61,679 nt of DNA, filler included, from 5 parts of 5 records of this genome joined end to end with filler, not necessarily neighbours in it, one strand, 5' to 3'. Shown: positions 1 to 9,371, counted from the whole stretch's first letter. Notes: generated by a model from the sequence alone, not told the origin. Made by a program: numbers and translations.

Positions 1-20
1 CCGAATAGTCGAAATGTCAG

Positions 21-59
21 GATGCTGACCGTAGCGTCAGCATCTCGTCCGGACCGCCA
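21..59 (+). other. Hairpin fused to a tRNA-3'-end-like fragment (possible att-site remnant)
   Basis: Perfect 9-bp stem GATGCTGAC(21-29)/GTCAGCATC(36-44), then TCGTCCGGACCGCCA (45-59), which resembles the 3' end plus CCA of Bacteroidota tRNA-Asp. No complete cloverleaf. Confidence 0.45.
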
Positions 60-60
60 A

Positions 61-110
61 CACAAAAAAAATTAGGCTGTTAGTCAATAGATTAACAGCC
101 TTTTTTTGTG
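61..110 (+). terminator. Intrinsic terminator-like hairpin
   Basis: AGGCTGTTAGTC-aata-GATTAACAGCCT followed by a T-run; the flanking CACAAAAAAA/TTTTTTTGTG can also pair. Confidence 0.7.
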
Positions 111-295
111 GGCGTTGCCGATGAACGTTGTTTAAAATCAAAAATCGAAAAAAACATGAATACGACAATTTCTGTAGCCTTATGGTTCATTTTGAGTTGT
201 TATTGATCAATAATTGCAAGCATTCTCAATCCCATAACACAACCCAACATTTCTTAAAAAACTGTTAAGTTTTTCATTTCATGTATCTAAATATT

Positions 296-303
296 TAGAT
301 TTG
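296..303 (+). promoter_or_regulatory. Bacteroidota -7 promoter element (TAnnTTTG)
   Basis: TAGATTTG ends 29 nt upstream of the ATG at 333. Confidence 0.55.
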
Positions 304-332
304 TAAGCTAATCATTCATTAAACTATTTAAC

Positions 333-2147
333 ATGAAGAAACTCGTTTACCTGACTTTGATGCTTCTTGCGTTTCAGGTTTCAGCGTTTTCCCAAACTGC
401 CATCATCGATGAGGATTTCTTTGATCCGTTGGTGGACTGGGAAATGGAAGGAAACTGGGGACAGGAAGATGGCTATCTGATGCTCTATTATTACCCGATT
501 ATCGAGGACTTCGATTTCTCAGCTCACACACCGGAATTTGTAGTTCCGGACAACGGCGGCGATGTTGTGTTTTCACTTTTTATTGATGTTTACCAGTCGA
601 ATACCACGGATGAAAAATGTGAAATCTCTGTAGTGTATGACGGCAACGAAGAGGTGCTTTGGACACATGAATTGACCGACGGCCCCTGGGGTGATTTTTC
701 AGGCTCCGACCTTACGCTATCGCTGGATGAATACGTTGGTGAAACCGTTAAACTGCGTATGCGTTCCTATGGTACTTCTACAAGTGCTTTGTGGGGCTGG
801 TTCGTTTTTAATGTTAACCTGACAACATGGTTCGATCATGAATTGTGTGCCATGGATATCTTTGGCCCAACCAATCTCGATATGGGTGAAACCGGCATGT
901 GGGAGATTGATATCAAAAATCAGGGACTGAATGCTGAAAATGATTTTGTGGTTAATCTTTACAGCCATAAGAAAGATCAAATCCTGGCTTCCGGTACTTA
1001 TGAAGGGAGTCTTGCTCCGGGTGAAACCGGTGTTGTGAATGTGGAATGGTCTGCCGAGGAATCGCATAATACCGTGCTTTATGCAAAGGTGGATTCACCA
1101 ACTGATGAATTTGAGTTTAACAACAATTCAACCGGAAGATTCCTAAGGGTTGAACCCGATTTGGAATACAATATCCTTTTCTGGGATAACGACAATGGCA
1201 TCTCATCCGTTGAGAATCCGGAAACTGGCATGATGCAGGAACCACACCAGGGCATTCAAAAAGCTTTTCAGGTGGCCGGCATCAACATAGATATGGTAAG
1301 TTCACTACCTGATAACCTGGAGGATTACCACATCGTGTTGACCACCATGGGGAATTACTGCCTGAGCTGAGGCCAGACCCCGCCCGGTACTGTATCTGAA
1401 ACAGACCAGGCAAAAATCCTTGACTACCTGCAAAATATGAATGGTAAACTTTATATCGAAAGCGTGAACCTTGGCATTGACCACCATGGAACAGATATGC
1501 TGGAAAGCTTTGGTGTAAAATTTATGGATGATGGCATAGAAGATGAATTTTACACCATCTCAGGTGTGAACGACACATTACTTTCTGAAGTAAATATTGA
1601 ATACGCCGGTGGAGATTCACCACGATTTAGCGTTGACCGTTTGGCAACAACCGACAGCGAAGAACTTTATCGCTCTGATGACGGTTTTGGCAGGATGTTC
1701 CTCAACGATCCGGGTGAATCCTACAAAGTGATCTCTTCATCTATGACCTTTGGTGCATTGCGTGATGGCGACAGCCTGAGCATGAAGCCTTATTTGCTGG
1801 CAGAGATGGTTGATTATTTTCTGGGGATTAATACCGTTACTGATATCAAAGAGGCTTTTGGCCAGATTGCTGATGTCAACACAACCGTATATCCAAATCC
1901 TGCTGTAACAAATACCACAATTCAATTCAATCTGCCTGAAAGTGGTGATGTTGATTTGATCATTTATGATGAACTTGGCCGTAGCATACAGATCATCGGG
2001 ATGGATAACATGATCTCTGGTAAACAAACCATAACCTGGGATTTGAAAGATGCCTCAGGCCAGATTGTACGTAACGGAATTTATTATTTCCAGCTTGTTT
2101 TTGATGGTCAAACAGGATCATCAGGAAAGATCATGGTAAACAGATAG
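333..2147 (+). CDS. Putative T9SS-secreted selenoprotein (604 aa, U346 in CxxU), reading through TGA 1368-1370
   Basis: ORF 333-1370 ends GNYCLS-TGA. The next 66 nt are open (GQTPPGTVSETDQAKILDYLQN) and run in frame into ORF 1437-2147. The signal peptide is only in the first part and the T9SS CTD (VYPNP...GIYYFQL...KIMV) only in the second. A CARDB-like Ig segment lies in between. Confidence 0.85.
1382..1411 (+). promoter_or_regulatory. Putative bacterial SECIS element
   Basis: Stem GCC-c-GGT-a-CTGT / loop ATCTGAA / ACAG-ACC-a-GGC, starting after an 11-nt spacer from the TGA. Confidence 0.65.
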
Positions 2148-2170
2148 ATTTTAAAGAAAATCTCAAATAT

Positions 2171-2209
2171 AAAAGCCCCGGTTACTAACGTTTCCGGGGT
2201 TTTGTTTTT
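2171..2209. terminator. Bidirectional intrinsic terminator
   Basis: AAAAGCCCCGG...CCGGGGTTTTGTTTTT between convergent genes. Confidence 0.7.
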
Positions 2210-3640
2210 CTAGGCCAGAAGCTCAGGGTACTCATGAGCCACCTTAATGATCAGTTCACCAAATAGCGTATTTGCCCATGCAAACCAACTCCGGGTAAAA
2301 TTAGACGCATCATCTTTATGGAAGCCTTCATGCATGAATCCTGTGCCGGCATGCGTGTTTTTAAGCATACCAAGACAGTGTGAAATTTCATTGGGGTCCA
2401 TGCTGGTCATGGCCCGCAGAATGATCCCCATTGGCCAGATCATTTCTTTTCCGGTGTGTGGGCTGCCCTGGCCGGTTGCAGCCTTTCCGGTTAGAAAATA
2501 TGGATTTGAATTACTCAACAAAAATTTTCGTGTGTTCAGATAAAGCTTATCCTCAGGTTTGTGAGCTCCGAGGTAGGCCAGTGACATCAGTGATGGTACA
2601 TTGGCATCATCCATAAAAAGATGGTTACCAAAGCCATCGGTTTCATAGGCATAAATTTTTCCATGTTCAGGGTGGTTGGCTATGCCGTGCAATTGAATAG
2701 CCATGTCGAGTTCATCAGCCAATTCCTGACATTTGTTGGCAAAAACAGCATCTCCGATTATTTCGCTGTAGATTTCATCAAGCTGACGGAGGGCGAGTAC
2801 TGCAAAAATATTGGATGGTATCAGGAAAGGAAACAGCGTTGCATCATCCGATGGCCGAAACATGGAGCAGATCAGGCCGTTCGGTTTTACAGGCCTGCCC
2901 GTTCCGTTAAAAACGGGAGCATCAATCATGCTGGTTGTTTTCCTTCTGAAATAGTAGGGCGATTCTCCGGTTTTCCGCTGTTCCGTAATGAAGGTATCAA
3001 CAATCAGTCGCATGGCTGTGTCCCAATGCGGATCAAAAATTGAAGTGTCCCCTGAAATTTTATAATAATGGTATGATAACCGCACTACATAACATAGCGA
3101 ATCGATTTCCCATTTTCGTTCATGTACACCTGGAACAGGCGTCGGTTCATCACTTTGCCAGTGGCTCTTCCGGGTAAGATCCTTGTAAAATGCATTGGCG
3201 TAGGGATCTTTCAAAACACATTTTACCTGCCTGTTCACAAGTCCGTTAACCAGCAGTTTTAATTGCTTATCTTCTCTGATGAGCGGCATATATGGCCAAA
3301 CCTGTGCGGTTGAATCACGCAGCCACATTGCATCAATATCGCCGGTGATGATAAATGTATCAGGCTTTCCATCAATCAACTCAAAATCAACCGTTGTATC
3401 CAGCGTGTTTGGGTAGCAGTTTTCAAACATCCACGCCAGTTCCTCATCTTTGATAACTGCTTTTATTTTTACTATCAATTGCTCTACACTTTCGCTAATA
3501 AATGTCCTGGAAGCTTTTTCCGGTCGGTTGCTGGCAAACTGATTGGGTAATGAAAATAAGATGTTTGCCGACAGGCTGGGGAGCACGGCTGAACCAAGCA
3601 GCGTTAGTCCATGCTTTTTCAGAAATGACCTTCGTTTCAT
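2210..3640 (-). CDS. Glycoside hydrolase family 125 (exo-alpha-1,6-mannosidase-like), Tat-like signal
   Basis: Motifs TGDIDAMWLRDS, ERKWEIDSL, FRPSDDA, MDDANVPSL, FTRSWFAWAN; N-terminal KRRSFLK. Confidence 0.92.
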   Translation of the reverse strand: MKRRSFLKKHGLTLLGSAVLPSLSANILFSLPNQFASNRPEKASRTFISESVEQLIVKIKAVIKDEELAWMFENCYPNTLDTTVDFELIDGKPDTFIITGDIDAMWLRDSTAQVWPYMPLIREDKQLKLLVNGLVNRQVKCVLKDPYANAFYKDLTRKSHWQSDEPTPVPGVHERKWEIDSLCYVVRLSYHYYKISGDTSIFDPHWDTAMRLIVDTFITEQRKTGESPYYFRRKTTSMIDAPVFNGTGRPVKPNGLICSMFRPSDDATLFPFLIPSNIFAVLALRQLDEIYSEIIGDAVFANKCQELADELDMAIQLHGIANHPEHGKIYAYETDGFGNHLFMDDANVPSLMSLAYLGAHKPEDKLYLNTRKFLLSNSNPYFLTGKAATGQGSPHTGKEMIWPMGIILRAMTSMDPNEISHCLGMLKNTHAGTGFMHEGFHKDDASNFTRSWFAWANTLFGELIIKVAHEYPELLA

Positions 3641-4284
3641 TAATTGGCAGTTTGAAGTATATATTTCAATCCCACCAATACGCCAAGCGAATTGGTTTTG
3701 GAGTCGCCCAACGTTTTGGAGAGGCCCAGGTTTTCTTTCAGGTCTATGCCCAACAAAAGCTGTTCGGAAAGGTCAATATTTAAGCCAATGCCAATTGAAA
3801 TGCCGAAATCCACGCTGTTCGTTTCGGAAGTAAAATCTTCCTTTTTGCCCGGTACCAGGTCGGTCTCTTCATAATAAACCATGTTGCTCAAAAGCAATCC
3901 AAAGAAAGGGCCTGCATTGGCATAAAAACTTGTTTTACCCGGCGTGTGGTAGGCAAAGAGTAGGGGCAGGATCAGGTAATTGTATTCGATGTCGATTTCC
4001 TGCTTTCCTAAAATAGCTCCTTCATTATCGGTAAGAATGATTTCGTCCTGAGCTCCTTTTTGTTCAAACATCAATCCCGACTTGATTCCCAGATATGGTG
4101 TAAAAATGTATTCGAAACTGGCTCCGGCTGCAAAACCAATTTTAGGATCTAATCCACTGTTCGATTCATTTCTGATGGATGTTAAAGAGGGGCCGGCATC
4201 AACACCAATAATATACTTTTTGTCCTGGGCGTAGAGTGAAAAGGTAAAAATGATGGCTAAAATGCTTGTAAAAACTGCTTTCAT
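3640..4284 (-). CDS. Outer-membrane beta-barrel protein (PorT/porin-like family)
   Basis: Signal peptide, alternating beta strands, NAGPFFGLLL and terminal VGLKY; TAATG overlap with the GH125 start. Confidence 0.75.
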   Translation of the reverse strand: MKAVFTSILAIIFTFSLYAQDKKYIIGVDAGPSLTSIRNESNSGLDPKIGFAAGASFEYIFTPYLGIKSGLMFEQKGAQDEIILTDNEGAILGKQEIDIEYNYLILPLLFAYHTPGKTSFYANAGPFFGLLLSNMVYYEETDLVPGKKEDFTSETNSVDFGISIGIGLNIDLSEQLLLGIDLKENLGLSKTLGDSKTNSLGVLVGLKYILQTAN

Positions 4285-4307
4285 AACAGGCTATATTTTG
4301 CTTTGCC

Positions 4308-4315
4308 CAAAAGTA
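4308..4315 (-). promoter_or_regulatory. Bacteroidota -7 promoter element
   Basis: TACTTTTG on the minus strand, 23 nt upstream of the ATG at 4284. Confidence 0.5.
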
Positions 4316-4420
4316 AATAAAAACAACTTAACAGTTGATAAATCAATACCAATGGTTGAATCAGCAGTGTGAATTTCTTTGGGTTGTATCCAGACTTATA
4401 TTAAATGACAAATCTATGCG

Positions 4421-5851
4421 CTACAATGCATTGATTTCGGCGATTAATTTCTGTATTGAATCCTTGGCATTGCCGAAGAGCATCCGGGTATTGTCTTTGA
4501 AGAAAAGTGGATTTTCAATGCCGGCGTACCCTTTTCCCATTCCGCGTTTCATCACGATAACATTTTTGGCTTCAGCGGCATTGATCACCGGCATGCCGTA
4601 AATGGGACTGCCGGGCGTATCGTTTGCAGCGGGGTTTACAACATCATTGGCGCCAACCACAATCACCACATCTGTACCAGCCATGTCTTTATTGATATCG
4701 TCCATCTCAATCAATTTATCGTATGAAACGTCAGCTTCAGCAAGCAATACATTCATATGGCCGGGCATGCGTCCGGCAACCGGGTGAATGCCAAAACGGA
4801 TGTTTACATCTTTGTCCACAAGAAGTTTTTCCAATTCATGAACGGTGTGTTGGGCCTGGGCTACGGCAAGTCCGTAACCGGGAACAATCACCACAGATTT
4901 TGAATACGCAAGCAGCACTGCCGCATCGCTAAGAGTAATCTCCTTGATGGTTCCCCCCTCTTCGCCTGCAGCACCGACACTTCCACCACCAAATCCGCCC
5001 AGGATCACACTGAGTAACGAACGGTTCATGGCTTTGCACATCAACAGGGTTAGGATTGAACCTGCCGCGCCTACAAATATACCACCCAGGATCATAGCGA
5101 GGTTGTGATATATGAAACCAGCCATTGCTGCAGCAATTCCGGTTAAAGAATTTAACAGTGAGATAACTACCGGCATATCTGCGCCTCCGATGGGGAAAAC
5201 GAAAAGAATTCCATAGATAATGGCTACAGCAAATAAAATATATACTAGCATGGCGTATTCCTGTGGAGCAGGTTGTAACAAAACATAAACGGCCATGCCA
5301 ATCAGCGCAATCAACAAAATGATATTGATGTATTTCATGATGCCTGCACTCAGGTTACCTACCTTTCCACTGAGTTTGCCATAGGCGATCATACTACCGC
5401 TGAATGCAATTGAGCCAATGATAAGCCCCAGAAGTGTTACCAGCAGTGATTCGTTTTCAGGATTCGAAAATTCAAGTAATCCCACAAGAGCAGATGCCGC
5501 CCCACCAGTTGCATTAAAAAATGAAACCAGTTCGGGCATGGCTGTCATTTTCACTTTTTTGGATATAATAAACCCAACTGCTCCCCCCACAGCTATGGTT
5601 GCCAGTATCACGATGATATTGGTAATCCCGATGCCGTTTCCGGCATCGTCTTTATGGAACAATAGGGTGGTGATCATGGCAAGCACCATACCTGCTGCTG
5701 CCCAAAAATTTCCTTTGCGTGCGGTTTCGGGGTGGCTCAAAAATTTGAGCCCAACCACAAACATGATAGCTGCCAAAAGGTAACTGAATTCAAGTACAGC
5801 AGCTCCAATGGTGAAATCCGATCCGTTGAATGTTTGTAAAATTCTTTCCAT
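4421..5851 (-). CDS. pntB: NAD(P) transhydrogenase subunit beta
   Basis: Multi-pass membrane domain; PIGGADMPVVISLLNS, VPGYGLAVAQAQH, HPVAGRMPGHMNVLLAEA, GANDVVNPAA. Confidence 0.97.
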   Translation of the reverse strand: MERILQTFNGSDFTIGAAVLEFSYLLAAIMFVVGLKFLSHPETARKGNFWAAAGMVLAMITTLLFHKDDAGNGIGITNIIVILATIAVGGAVGFIISKKVKMTAMPELVSFFNATGGAASALVGLLEFSNPENESLLVTLLGLIIGSIAFSGSMIAYGKLSGKVGNLSAGIMKYINIILLIALIGMAVYVLLQPAPQEYAMLVYILFAVAIIYGILFVFPIGGADMPVVISLLNSLTGIAAAMAGFIYHNLAMILGGIFVGAAGSILTLLMCKAMNRSLLSVILGGFGGGSVGAAGEEGGTIKEITLSDAAVLLAYSKSVVIVPGYGLAVAQAQHTVHELEKLLVDKDVNIRFGIHPVAGRMPGHMNVLLAEADVSYDKLIEMDDINKDMAGTDVVIVVGANDVVNPAANDTPGSPIYGMPVINAAEAKNVIVMKRGMGKGYAGIENPLFFKDNTRMLFGNAKDSIQKLIAEINAL

Positions 5852-5929
5852 CAGGAAAAGTATATCGTTAATTGTTATCTGTTATTCGTTGACCAAAACC
5901 CAAAATTTTAAATTCCTTGCTATAAACTC

Positions 5930-5971
5930 GCAATTCTAAAATCAAAATTCAAAATTCGTAATTCTGAAATC
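5930..5971. repeat. Degenerate heptamer tandem repeat (6 units)
   Basis: GCAATTC TAAAATC AAAATTC AAAATTC GTAATTC TGAAATC in the pntA2-pntB spacer. Confidence 0.6.
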
Positions 5972-5993
5972 GGAACGCTAAACTTTAAGCTTC

Positions 5994-6305
5994 CTATTTT
6001 TTCTTCCTGAACATATCCAGCATCCGATCCGTAACGGCAAATCCTCCGGCTACATTTAAAGTCCCGAAAAGCACAGCAAGAATGCCAAGCACCAGTTCAA
6101 TGGAAAAACCGCTTAAATCAGCGTGGCCAACAAGTATAATTCCACCAATGATAATGACGCCACTGATAGCATTCGCTCCGGACATCAATGGCGTGTGTAG
6201 CACAGAAGGAACATTAGAAATCACCTCGATGCCCAGGAAAATAGCCAGGATCATGATGAAGATTGGCTCGCGGAATGAATAGAAGAATATTAATATTTCG
6301 TCCAT
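5994..6305 (-). CDS. pntA: NAD(P) transhydrogenase subunit alpha, part 2 (membrane)
   Basis: VPSVLHTPLMSGANAISG and NVAGGFAVTDRMLDMF. Confidence 0.95.
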   Translation of the reverse strand: MDEILIFFYSFREPIFIMILAIFLGIEVISNVPSVLHTPLMSGANAISGVIIIGGIILVGHADLSGFSIELVLGILAVLFGTLNVAGGFAVTDRMLDMFRKKK

Positions 6306-6326
6306 AATTTTAAAAATTCAGGATAA

Positions 6327-7463
6327 TCAGGATTTATCTGATTCAATGACAGATTTTACCCTTTCATTGATGATTTCGTGTTTGTGGGTGATACATGCAC
6401 CTTTCACTACTTCATCCTCAAAATCAAGGTTCATTTCACCCTTTTCATTGATGATCAACTTCAGGAAATTGAGCATGTTTTTACCATACATCCGGCTTGC
6501 ATCCACAGGCATACCGGCAGGATAATTTGAGTTCCCGATGATCTTCACACCATTTTTAACCACAACTTCATCGTTTTTGGTAAGCTCGCAATTGCCACCC
6601 GTTGATGCCGCCAAATCCACAATCACCGATCCGGGTTTCATGTTTTCCACGGTTTGTTTTTTAATCAGAACCGGTGCTTTTCTTCCGGGTATTTGTGCGG
6701 TGCAGATTACCACATCCGATTTCAGGGCATGATCCTGAATCATCTGGCTCTGGCGCTTTTTAAATTCATCGGATTGTTCAACAGCGTAGCCACCTGCTGA
6801 TGCATCATCTTTGGCGCCTTCAACTTCTACAAATTTGGCACCCAGGCTCTGCACTTCTTCTTTCACTGCCGAACGCACATCAAAGGCCTCTACAACGGCA
6901 CCCAGTTTGCGGGCGGTGGCAATGGCCTGAAGCCCTGCAACACCAGCACCCAACACCAGCAACTTTGCCGGTTTTATTGTCCCAGCCGCCGACATAAACA
7001 TGGGGAAAAATTCCGGCAGGTTCAGCGCTGCATCTAAAACAGCCCGATATCCTGCAACAGTAGCCATCGACGAAAGTACATCCATGGCCTGGGCCCTGGT
7101 GATCCGTGGAATAGCATCAAGGCTAAAGGATGTGAATCCTTTTTCCTGTAGGTTCATAACCAGGGCTTTGTTACTCAATGGCCCCAACGTCCCAACAATT
7201 ACCTGGTCGGGTTTGAGTTTAGTGAGTTCTTCATCAGTAGGTGCGTTCACCTTCAAAATCAGAGATGCCTGCTTAAATATTTCGCTATCATCAACAACTT
7301 CAGCACCGGCATCAGAATAGGCTTTGTCGGAAGCAAATGCCAGATCACCGGCGTGTTTTGAGATCAGGATTTTGTTGTTGTTTTCGATGAGGACCTTTAA
7401 GGCCTCAGGAAGAAGTGCTACTCTTGTTTCGGGAAGCTGCTCTTTTAAAATGCCAATTGTCAT
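6327..7463 (-). CDS. pntA: NAD(P) transhydrogenase subunit alpha, part 1 (NAD-binding)
   Basis: ETRVAL, PRITRAQAMDVLSS, GAGVAGLQA, GGYA, TAQIPGRKAP. Start placed at MTIGILKE (7463). Confidence 0.95.
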   Translation of the reverse strand: MTIGILKEQLPETRVALLPEALKVLIENNNKILISKHAGDLAFASDKAYSDAGAEVVDDSEIFKQASLILKVNAPTDEELTKLKPDQVIVGTLGPLSNKALVMNLQEKGFTSFSLDAIPRITRAQAMDVLSSMATVAGYRAVLDAALNLPEFFPMFMSAAGTIKPAKLLVLGAGVAGLQAIATARKLGAVVEAFDVRSAVKEEVQSLGAKFVEVEGAKDDASAGGYAVEQSDEFKKRQSQMIQDHALKSDVVICTAQIPGRKAPVLIKKQTVENMKPGSVIVDLAASTGGNCELTKNDEVVVKNGVKIIGNSNYPAGMPVDASRMYGKNMLNFLKLIINEKGEMNLDFEDEVVKGACITHKHEIINERVKSVIESDKS

Positions 7464-7749
7464 TCTTTTGAACGTATTTGAACAACCAGAAGAAACAACC
7501 AATCGGTAAAGATGTTCAAATATCTAAAAATCACAATGTATTGATGTCAACTATTTACCTGGTTTTTGGACCGGGAGGAAAAATGTAAAACCCACTAAAA
7601 AAAGAGCTGTCAAATTTATTATTCTGAAATATTAACCGGTTTAAATCTTCTTAGGGAGATAGTTATTAGGAGGTAGCGCAGTTTTATGTGTATTCGTTGA
7701 AATAAAAAATGAGAATACAAATCGGGAGGCCTTTTTATCAGGACTATTT

Positions 7750-8745
7750 CTATAATTGCTCCTTTTTGTATTTCATCCAGCGTAATCGGATATTTTCCAT
7801 GAGATTATAATAAAAGAAACTATAATCATAAGCATGAAATACGCCACGCGGAAAGAACGAAACCCCAGGAGTGTAATAATCATCAGGATTAGGGACCGTA
7901 ACGATCAACGCACCATTTGCTCCTATTTCGGCATCGGTATATTTCGAGATTGTTTTACTTAAATTGTGGTTATCATCAAAAAATGCTGCACCAAGGTTAA
8001 GCTTACTCGAAGCATAGTCAGGGGAGGTGGTCCAAATTAACGGATTTACACATTTTGCACCAGGGAGCAATACTGGCGAACCTTGTGCATCCGGGGATTG
8101 CGTATTGTAGGTTATTATCACCCCAAGGTCATCTTTTTTCTGAGCAATTTTCATCCACGGATGTTTATTCAATTCCTCATCCGTTATGGAAAAACCAATG
8201 GTATATGCGGCAATTAACTGGTTAACCAGTTGCTTATTGTCAAACCTGTTTTTCATCAGCATTAACAACATATCGCTCCCCTGGCTATGGCCTGCAAGGA
8301 AAAACGGCCTGCCATTGTTCAGGTTTTTTATATAGTAATCAAAAGCATTTTCAACATCCTGATAGGCAATATCCAAATAGGGCTTTGATTCAGTGTCGCT
8401 CAGAGATAGTACTGCAATCGAAACCTGCCTGTAGTATGGAGCATACATGTTTGCAACCTCCGAAAAAACGCCTGTATGTTCTGTGGCTACTCCTTTTGCT
8501 TCATCTCGCAATTCATTATTTTGAAGATCCATAGTGGCCGGTTTATCACCAAAGAACACAGTTGGGTAAACGTAAAAAACATCACATCCGAATGTTTTAT
8601 CATCCATTGACTGAAATATCCAGTTTTCAGCATTTGAGTAATCCACGCCACTGAGGACATTCTCTTGTGACATAAGCCATTGTGGTTGGGAAAAATATAC
8701 CCACAACATACAGGCCAGTAAAAGGCATTGTTTCCAAATTTTCAT
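7750..8745 (-). CDS. DUF3089-type alpha/beta hydrolase, secreted
   Basis: DVFYVYPT, YAPYYRQ, nucleophile elbow GHSQG, HAYDYSFFY. Confidence 0.85.
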   Translation of the reverse strand: MKIWKQCLLLACMLWVYFSQPQWLMSQENVLSGVDYSNAENWIFQSMDDKTFGCDVFYVYPTVFFGDKPATMDLQNNELRDEAKGVATEHTGVFSEVANMYAPYYRQVSIAVLSLSDTESKPYLDIAYQDVENAFDYYIKNLNNGRPFFLAGHSQGSDMLLMLMKNRFDNKQLVNQLIAAYTIGFSITDEELNKHPWMKIAQKKDDLGVIITYNTQSPDAQGSPVLLPGAKCVNPLIWTTSPDYASSKLNLGAAFFDDNHNLSKTISKYTDAEIGANGALIVTVPNPDDYYTPGVSFFPRGVFHAYDYSFFYYNLMENIRLRWMKYKKEQL

Positions 8746-8764
8746 TGCTCAGATTGGTTGAAAT

Positions 8765-9232
8765 TTATAGAATCGCCACCAGGTCGATTTCGAAAATGAG
8801 AACGGTATTTGGGGGAACCGATCCGGACCCTAAAGTGCCATATCCCAGGGCTGAGGGTAAAAACAAAGTTATCGAGCCGCCCTCTTTAATCAACGGGATT
8901 CCATATTGCCATCCGGAAATCAGGTTTGCGAGCAAAAAAGAGATTGGTGCACCTGTGGTCTGGTCAAAAATGCTGCCATCGGTGAAATATCCTTTATAAA
9001 AAACTTCAACAGTCGAGCTAACTGTGGGGTTTTCTCCACTGCCTTGGTTGGTTATCAGGTAGTATAATCCCGATTCGTGTTTGGTTGCATTCACGTTATT
9101 GGCGTCCAGGTAATCCAGAATGATCTGTTCATCAATCTGGGCCTGTTTCTCTTCGTCATCGTCTTTTTTACAGCCCGGTACGATCAAAATTGTAACCATC
9201 ATCACCGCAAATAATCTCACCAAGTGTTTCAT
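8765..9232 (-). CDS. FKBP-type peptidyl-prolyl isomerase lipoprotein
   Basis: Lipobox Cys (PGC); SGLYY, YKGYFTDGSIFD, LISGW, PSALGYG, VPPNTVLIFEIDL. Confidence 0.93.
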   Translation of the reverse strand: MKHLVRLFAVMMVTILIVPGCKKDDDEEKQAQIDEQIILDYLDANNVNATKHESGLYYLITNQGSGENPTVSSTVEVFYKGYFTDGSIFDQTTGAPISFLLANLISGWQYGIPLIKEGGSITLFLPSALGYGTLGSGSVPPNTVLIFEIDLVAIL

Positions 9233-9312
9233 AAGCTATATACATTATCAGGATAAATATCCATTATGTTAATAAGCAGGCAAAAATAGATAAATAGACC
9301 GACCGTAAAAAT

Positions 9313-9348
9313 AAAAAAAGCTGCATCCCGGCATGGAAAGCAGCTTTA
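9313..9348 (-). terminator. Intrinsic terminator after the Omp28-like gene
   Basis: AAAGCTGC...GCAGCTTT stem with an A-run on the plus strand (U-tract on minus). Confidence 0.6.
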
Positions 9349-9371
9349 ATTTTAATAGTGTTCCGGTGAGA

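Noticed and set aside
1437-2147. ORF-track call as an independent 236-aa gene
   Set aside because: It has a T9SS CTD but no signal peptide, and its frame is open back to the TGA at 1368. It is better explained as the C-terminal part of the read-through protein.
6303-6329. pntA1 and pntA2 are in the same frame, separated only by TGA-TTA-TCC-TGA-ATT-TTT-AAA-ATT, which could suggest UGA read-through or a recoded genome
   Set aside because: Split PntA1/PntA2 is a normal architecture. Two UGAs would have to be read, there is no Cys partner or hairpin, and the linker is very short. No other long gene on the contig has an internal TGA, so general UGA reassignment is unsupported. It serves as a control showing UGA is an ordinary stop here.
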